Positions 59,389 through 64,000 of a stretch of DNA of 64,000 nucleotides are shown in pieces. Each line of letters opens with the position of its first letter. Position 1 is the stretch's first letter. The notes below the pieces were generated by a model. That model was given only the letters and a program-made list of their open reading frames with translations, made no database searches and was not told the DNA's origin. The stretch covers positions 2,480,001 to 2,544,000 of the forward strand of contig CATOCA020000001.1 of the NCBI GenBank assembly GCA_951406725.2, written 5' to 3'. Origin of the DNA: Octopus vulgaris (lineage: Eukaryota). The position numbers were made by a program, and so were the translations under genes.

Positions 59389-59433
<45 letters not shown>

Positions 59434-60319
59434 CGTGCGTGCGTCTGTGTGTTTGTGTGTGTGTGCGTCTGTGTGTGTGTGTATGTGCGTGTGAATGAAG
59501 GCTACCATTAGTTTCATTAAAAGAAAGTAGGAAAATATCCTACTGTCTTAACGAATCGTCAAGTCAATCAGGCGAATACCTTTAACATGAAACCAAACCA
59601 ATGGTAGCCTTAACTCACAACTAAAGAAGTTATATATCCACCAATCTGGTGTTGAGCGCTCATTTTACCGGTCTACATTTATGCATATACGTATAAATAT
59701 ATATATATATACTTTATAATTAGGGTTCAGCAAAGATTTGCTTCACATACCGAAGTTTAAAAATAGCAGTAAAAAAATTCAAAATACGAATGAGAGTTCA
59801 TCACCTTCCCCTGCCCATTAGCGTGTCGCCAAGTAAGATGCTTCAGGGAGAAACTGTAGTTTGTTATCAGGGAGAAAAATTCCATTATCAATAATAACAA
59901 AGGGTAAAATTAATTAATTAAGAAGTAATCAGTAATTTTACCAAGCAGAATTCGGCATGAAAAATACCATTTCATTGTAAGCTTAATTAATACTTTAAAA
60001 TTAGGGTTCAGCAAAGATTTGCTCACCACATACCGAAATTTAGAAATAGCAGTCAAAAAATCTTAGCTATTCCTTCTACATTAAAACTGTAGTGATTTTT
60101 ATTGGCGCAGATGGTTGTGAATGTATCCGGTATCGAAGTACGATAAGCTGGAAAAGGTAATTCTTTAGTTCACGGTTAGCAACTGTGGTTTGGATATGTA
60201 TGTGTGTGACTTTATATATGAATATATATATATTCACTCACCCTCTCTCTCTTCTTCCCTCTCTCTCTCTCTCATCCTCTCTCTCGTTCTCTGTGTATAT
60301 TCATACACACCCGCACTCA

Positions 60320-61530
60320 TCTACTAAGGAAAGTTTGAAATTATCTTCATTTACTAAAACTTTCTGTGGTTGGACTGCCTTATGCGCTCGTGTGCTAAAC
60401 AAAAGGTTGTACTCATGTAGTTACCTAACTGAGGGCTGACTTTCATCGCTCCAGTTTTCTTTCTTGTGTTGCAGAGTAAACATGGCTTGCAGTGTGCCCA
60501 AAGAAAACTCAGAGATCAGTGACTGAATTTCCAAGACCGAAGGTGTTCCAGGGGCTGAAATTCATTGTAGGCCTTCAGCACAATACTAGGACAGCACTCT
60601 GGCCGCGTAGAAGTGACTTTGAGCGGATGGATAAGCTTTAAAACGGTTGGGCAAACGTGAAGCAGGAAGAGGGAGCAGGGTGCCCATCATCCTCCACCAC
60701 TGACGTGAAGAATTTACAAACTTGCGTAATGGAGCCGAGTAAACCGTCGAGTGATCACCGACGGCGTGGTATGTTCTCTGCAAATTAGTCAGGGTTCTGC
60801 ATACGAAATCATCCACGACAAGCTTCCCTTTCTGAAAGTCTGTGCGAGATGGGTACCAAGAGAACTTATCAAAGCTCATAAATGCAATTCTGTGGAGATC
60901 TATCAATGCTTACGTGACTACTACAACGATGAAACCGAAGAGTTGTTTGGAGAAAATGGTCACAGGAGATGATACCCGGATATATCACTTTGAACCACAA
61001 TCCAAACGGTAGAGTATGGAGAGAAATACCCGGAATCGCAAGCGAAAAGGAAATTCAAAACTCAACCTTCCGCCGAATAAAGGGTACACAGAATGGCTTA
61101 TACCTAAATATTACCCGGAAAAGTAGTTTATAGTGACAAGTTTAAGCTATTGTGAAATGCTGGCCAACAAAGTGTAACTAGAAATTTGCCCTAAACGCCG
61201 AGGTTTGTTGTCAAGGCAAGTGTTGAGGCCAATGAAAACTTTGGATTCGAGTTGCTGGAACCACCTGAATACCATGCACATCTCGGCCCTTCCGATAACC
61301 ATCTCGTCGGACCGCTCAGTCTTCCTTTACGAGGTCATACATTTGTTATGGATTAAGAAGTCCAAGAGGCCGCGAAGAAATGGCTGTGCAGCCAATCGAA
61401 AACCTTCTTCTCCGACGGAATAAACAAGCTTGCAGAACACACTGGAGGAGGTGCATCGAATAACATGGAGTCTATGTGGGAAAATGATGTAATTGTCTAA
61501 CACCCTGATTTTGTTTTAATACATTACAGA
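60320..61530 (+). mobile_element. Mariner (Tc1/mariner) transposon fossil
   Basis: ISQGSAYEIIHDKL...KVCARWVPREL, followed by frameshifted TGDDTRIYHFEPQSK. Many stops. Confidence 0.85.
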
Positions 61531-61867
61531 AACAAAAGTGTGTGTAATATATTTATATGTATGTATATGTATGTGTCCATTTATATAAACACACACACGC
61601 GCGCGTATATATTTATATATGTATACACAATGCACACACGCAGAGAATACAGCTATTGTTGCTGCCGTTGATGACGACGACGATTATGATGATGATAAGG
61701 AGGGGGAGGATAATGGCGATGACAACAGCGGTGTTGATATTTTTTGATGACGTCTATCGTAAAAGTGCTTGTGTTGTTGGAACTGTTGCCTGTGATTATC
61801 CCCATCATGACAATATTGGCGATGCTTTTGATGGTACAATGGATAAAAAAAGACAAATCGCACTCAC

Positions 61868-62256
61868 TTTTGCCGGTGGTAAATTTCCAGGGATTCGCTC
61901 TCTTTCGTTTGATCACAAACTCCTTGACGCCATCTCTGGTATCTTTCTTGTATAAACAATAGAATACGAAGATGAAGATTCCTTGAAGGGTATTGCATAC
62001 AAGAAAAAGGTACTGAAACACTGTTGCTGCTTCGCTAACAGCGAAGAATGCAAAGACCCATGTGAGTCCAAACAAAAACAGCAAACCAACCAGGCCCAGA
62101 ACACGTACTATACTTCTTTTGCGATCAAACCTCTTGTTTCTTTGCGGTGATATGAGACGCCATGTCACGAGAGATATCAGGATAAAGTTGAAGATGAGAA
62201 TTATCACCACGGGAGTCAGGAAAGCAACATAGAAGGCAGGTTCTGATAACCAACAG
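61868..62256 (-). CDS. Internal exon of an adhesion/secretin-class (7tm_2) GPCR encoding TM5-TM7 and the start of the C-tail
   Basis: CWL...FLTPVVIILIFNF...LLFLFGLTWVFAFF...FQYLFLVCNTLQGIFIFVFYC. Acceptor ttttctttgtag| ends at 62257; candidate donor AAAA|gtgagt starts at 61867. Confidence 0.88.
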
Positions 62257-62593
62257 CTACAAAGAAAATGGAAAGGCAATGAAGAAAAGAAATTTGCCAA
62301 ATGTTCAGTCAATAAAATGAAGTATCACAGAAGCATTAAGGGCAAGAGATTTCGATCCAAAACAAAACGAAACATTTCTCAAACTTGCAGCAAATTAGGT
62401 ACGTTAATGAGTAGAATATATTTATTGAAACTTTCAGTTTACGGACACACAGAATCACACACACATATATATATGTATGTATATATTTATATACATATAT
62501 GTATGTATGTATGTATGTATGTATATATGTATGTATGCATGTATGTATGTATGCATGTATGTATGTATGTATGCATGTGTGTATGTATGTATG

Positions 62594-62627
<34 letters not shown>

Positions 62628-63039
62628 TGTATGTATGTATGTATGTATGTATGTATGCATGCATGCATGCATGCATGTATGTATGTATGTATGTATGCAT
62701 GTATGCATGTATGTATGTATGTGTGTGTGTATGTATGTATGTATGTATGTATGTATGTATGTATGTATGTATGTATGTATGTATGTATGTATGAATGTAT
62801 ACTGGTCCACTGGTCTCGATGCTAGAAGGTGTTAGGAGTTCACTCCCGTGCTCGCAATTCATCGGATGCAGCTGTGAATCGTTAACCACATAGAGATGTA
62901 CTTTTGGGTTTAAAAAATCGCAGTAGAGTCCGCTCGAACGGACAGCCATGTTAAAGTGGCTACGAATATTACTTCTCAGTACAACTACTGTGTTGATTCC
63001 TTAAAGAGATTTTAGGACTAGCATTTTTGTTTATATATT

Positions 63040-63330
63040 AATATATATCCATATACATTGATAGACATTGCAATGACCAAAATATTTTCCGCAAAAGTTA
63101 TGGAGATATTGGCAGAGTGCAAAGACCTCGAAATTGAAGAAAAAAAAGTTGTGGGGTATGAAGGGGAAAACAGTACCAGTAATATCTGTAGCAGTAGACA
63201 TGATAAAAACATATGAACAAAATCGTGGAAGCTAGTTTTGGACAATTCAGTACTATACACTTCCCAAAATATAGTCGTGCTAGGAACAGCCCATATCGTA
63301 CGCAAGATATTATCAATTCAATACTACAAA
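63040..63330 (+). pseudogene. Dong/R4 C-terminal fragment
   Basis: KDLEIE...VPVI...SQNIVVLGTAHIVRKILS, homologous to the 3' ends of the elements at 43 and 47 kb. Confidence 0.65.
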
Positions 63331-63858
63331 CAAAACGATCCACAAACACAACACACTCTCTATACAGCAAATATCCAGGAAAATAAACAACCAGCAACAA
63401 GCTGGTGGATGGGTGCTACAAGAGAATGCTGATGATGGCTCTGAATATTAATCAGTATATACTGATGATGAAGAAGTGATAGATGTACGAGCGCCTCCCA
63501 AAATTTAGCTCGAAAATAACACAGAGGAGGAGACTGAGGTTAGCTAGAGATGCTCACTGTCATTCAGAGTTGATACGGCAATCAGTGCTCCGTACATGTA
63601 CACACTAGAGGAGGGAGACCGAGAATGACACATGCTGATGTCCTAAGGACGGACACTGGACTCTGGGAGACGCAGGACATAGCAGCGATGATTGAAGGAC
63701 AAGAACTGCTAGAGAGAACTCGTCCATGGATCTCGGGAATTTTATCCACACTAGGTAGATGATAGTGAATTAGGTTTACCACCAGCAATCAAAGTCGTGG
63801 CTTTACCTTGGTGCTAGATGACCTACTATTCTACAATATTAAAAGTATAAATAAATCG

Positions 63859-64000
63859 TGGCATCTTGGGCAAGTGTCTTCTACTCTAGCCCCGGGCCGA
63901 CCAATGCCTTGTGAGTGGATTTGGTAGACGGAAACTGAAAGAAGCCTGTCGTATATATGTATATATATATAAGTGTGTGTGTATATGTTTGTGTGTCTGT
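63859..64000 (+). mobile_element. SINE fragment (family of 280-658), runs off the window
   Basis: GGCATCTTGGGCAAGTGTCTTC...CCTTGTGAGTGGATTTGGTAGACGGAAACTGAAAGAAGCC. Confidence 0.8.

Noticed and set aside
61557-61962. Plus-strand ORFs overlapping the GPCR exon, and other antisense ORFs over LINEs
   Set aside because: Shadow frames of real or fossil coding sequence on the opposite strand, with no recognisable motifs.

Overview
Repeat-dense, AT-rich eukaryotic DNA. The tRNA-derived SINE families and microsatellite load suggest a cephalopod (Octopus-like) genome, which is an inference. Only one host coding exon is clear: TM5-TM7 of an adhesion/secretin-class GPCR (minus strand, 61868-62256). The rest is microsatellites, SINEs, decayed LINEs (RTE, CR1/L2-like, Dong/R4, Tx1/L1), mariner, MULE and Helitron-like fossils, and local segmental duplications. 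The standout is a ribozyme-based mobile RNA system. First, a 4.3-kb non-coding array (13502-17768) of near-identical ~474-bp units carries nine type I hammerhead ribozymes, arranged as two divergent arms and inserted in (TA)n; it looks like a retrozyme array. Second, ending about 3.7 kb upstream of the array is an apparently intact Penelope-like element of Naiad type (RT plus GIY-YIG, 841-aa ORF) with its own hammerhead, also in (TA)n. Third, several other short TA-flanked elements carry hammerhead variants or share a 3' CCTAAATT motif. All calls were made by eye; no folding or database searches were run.
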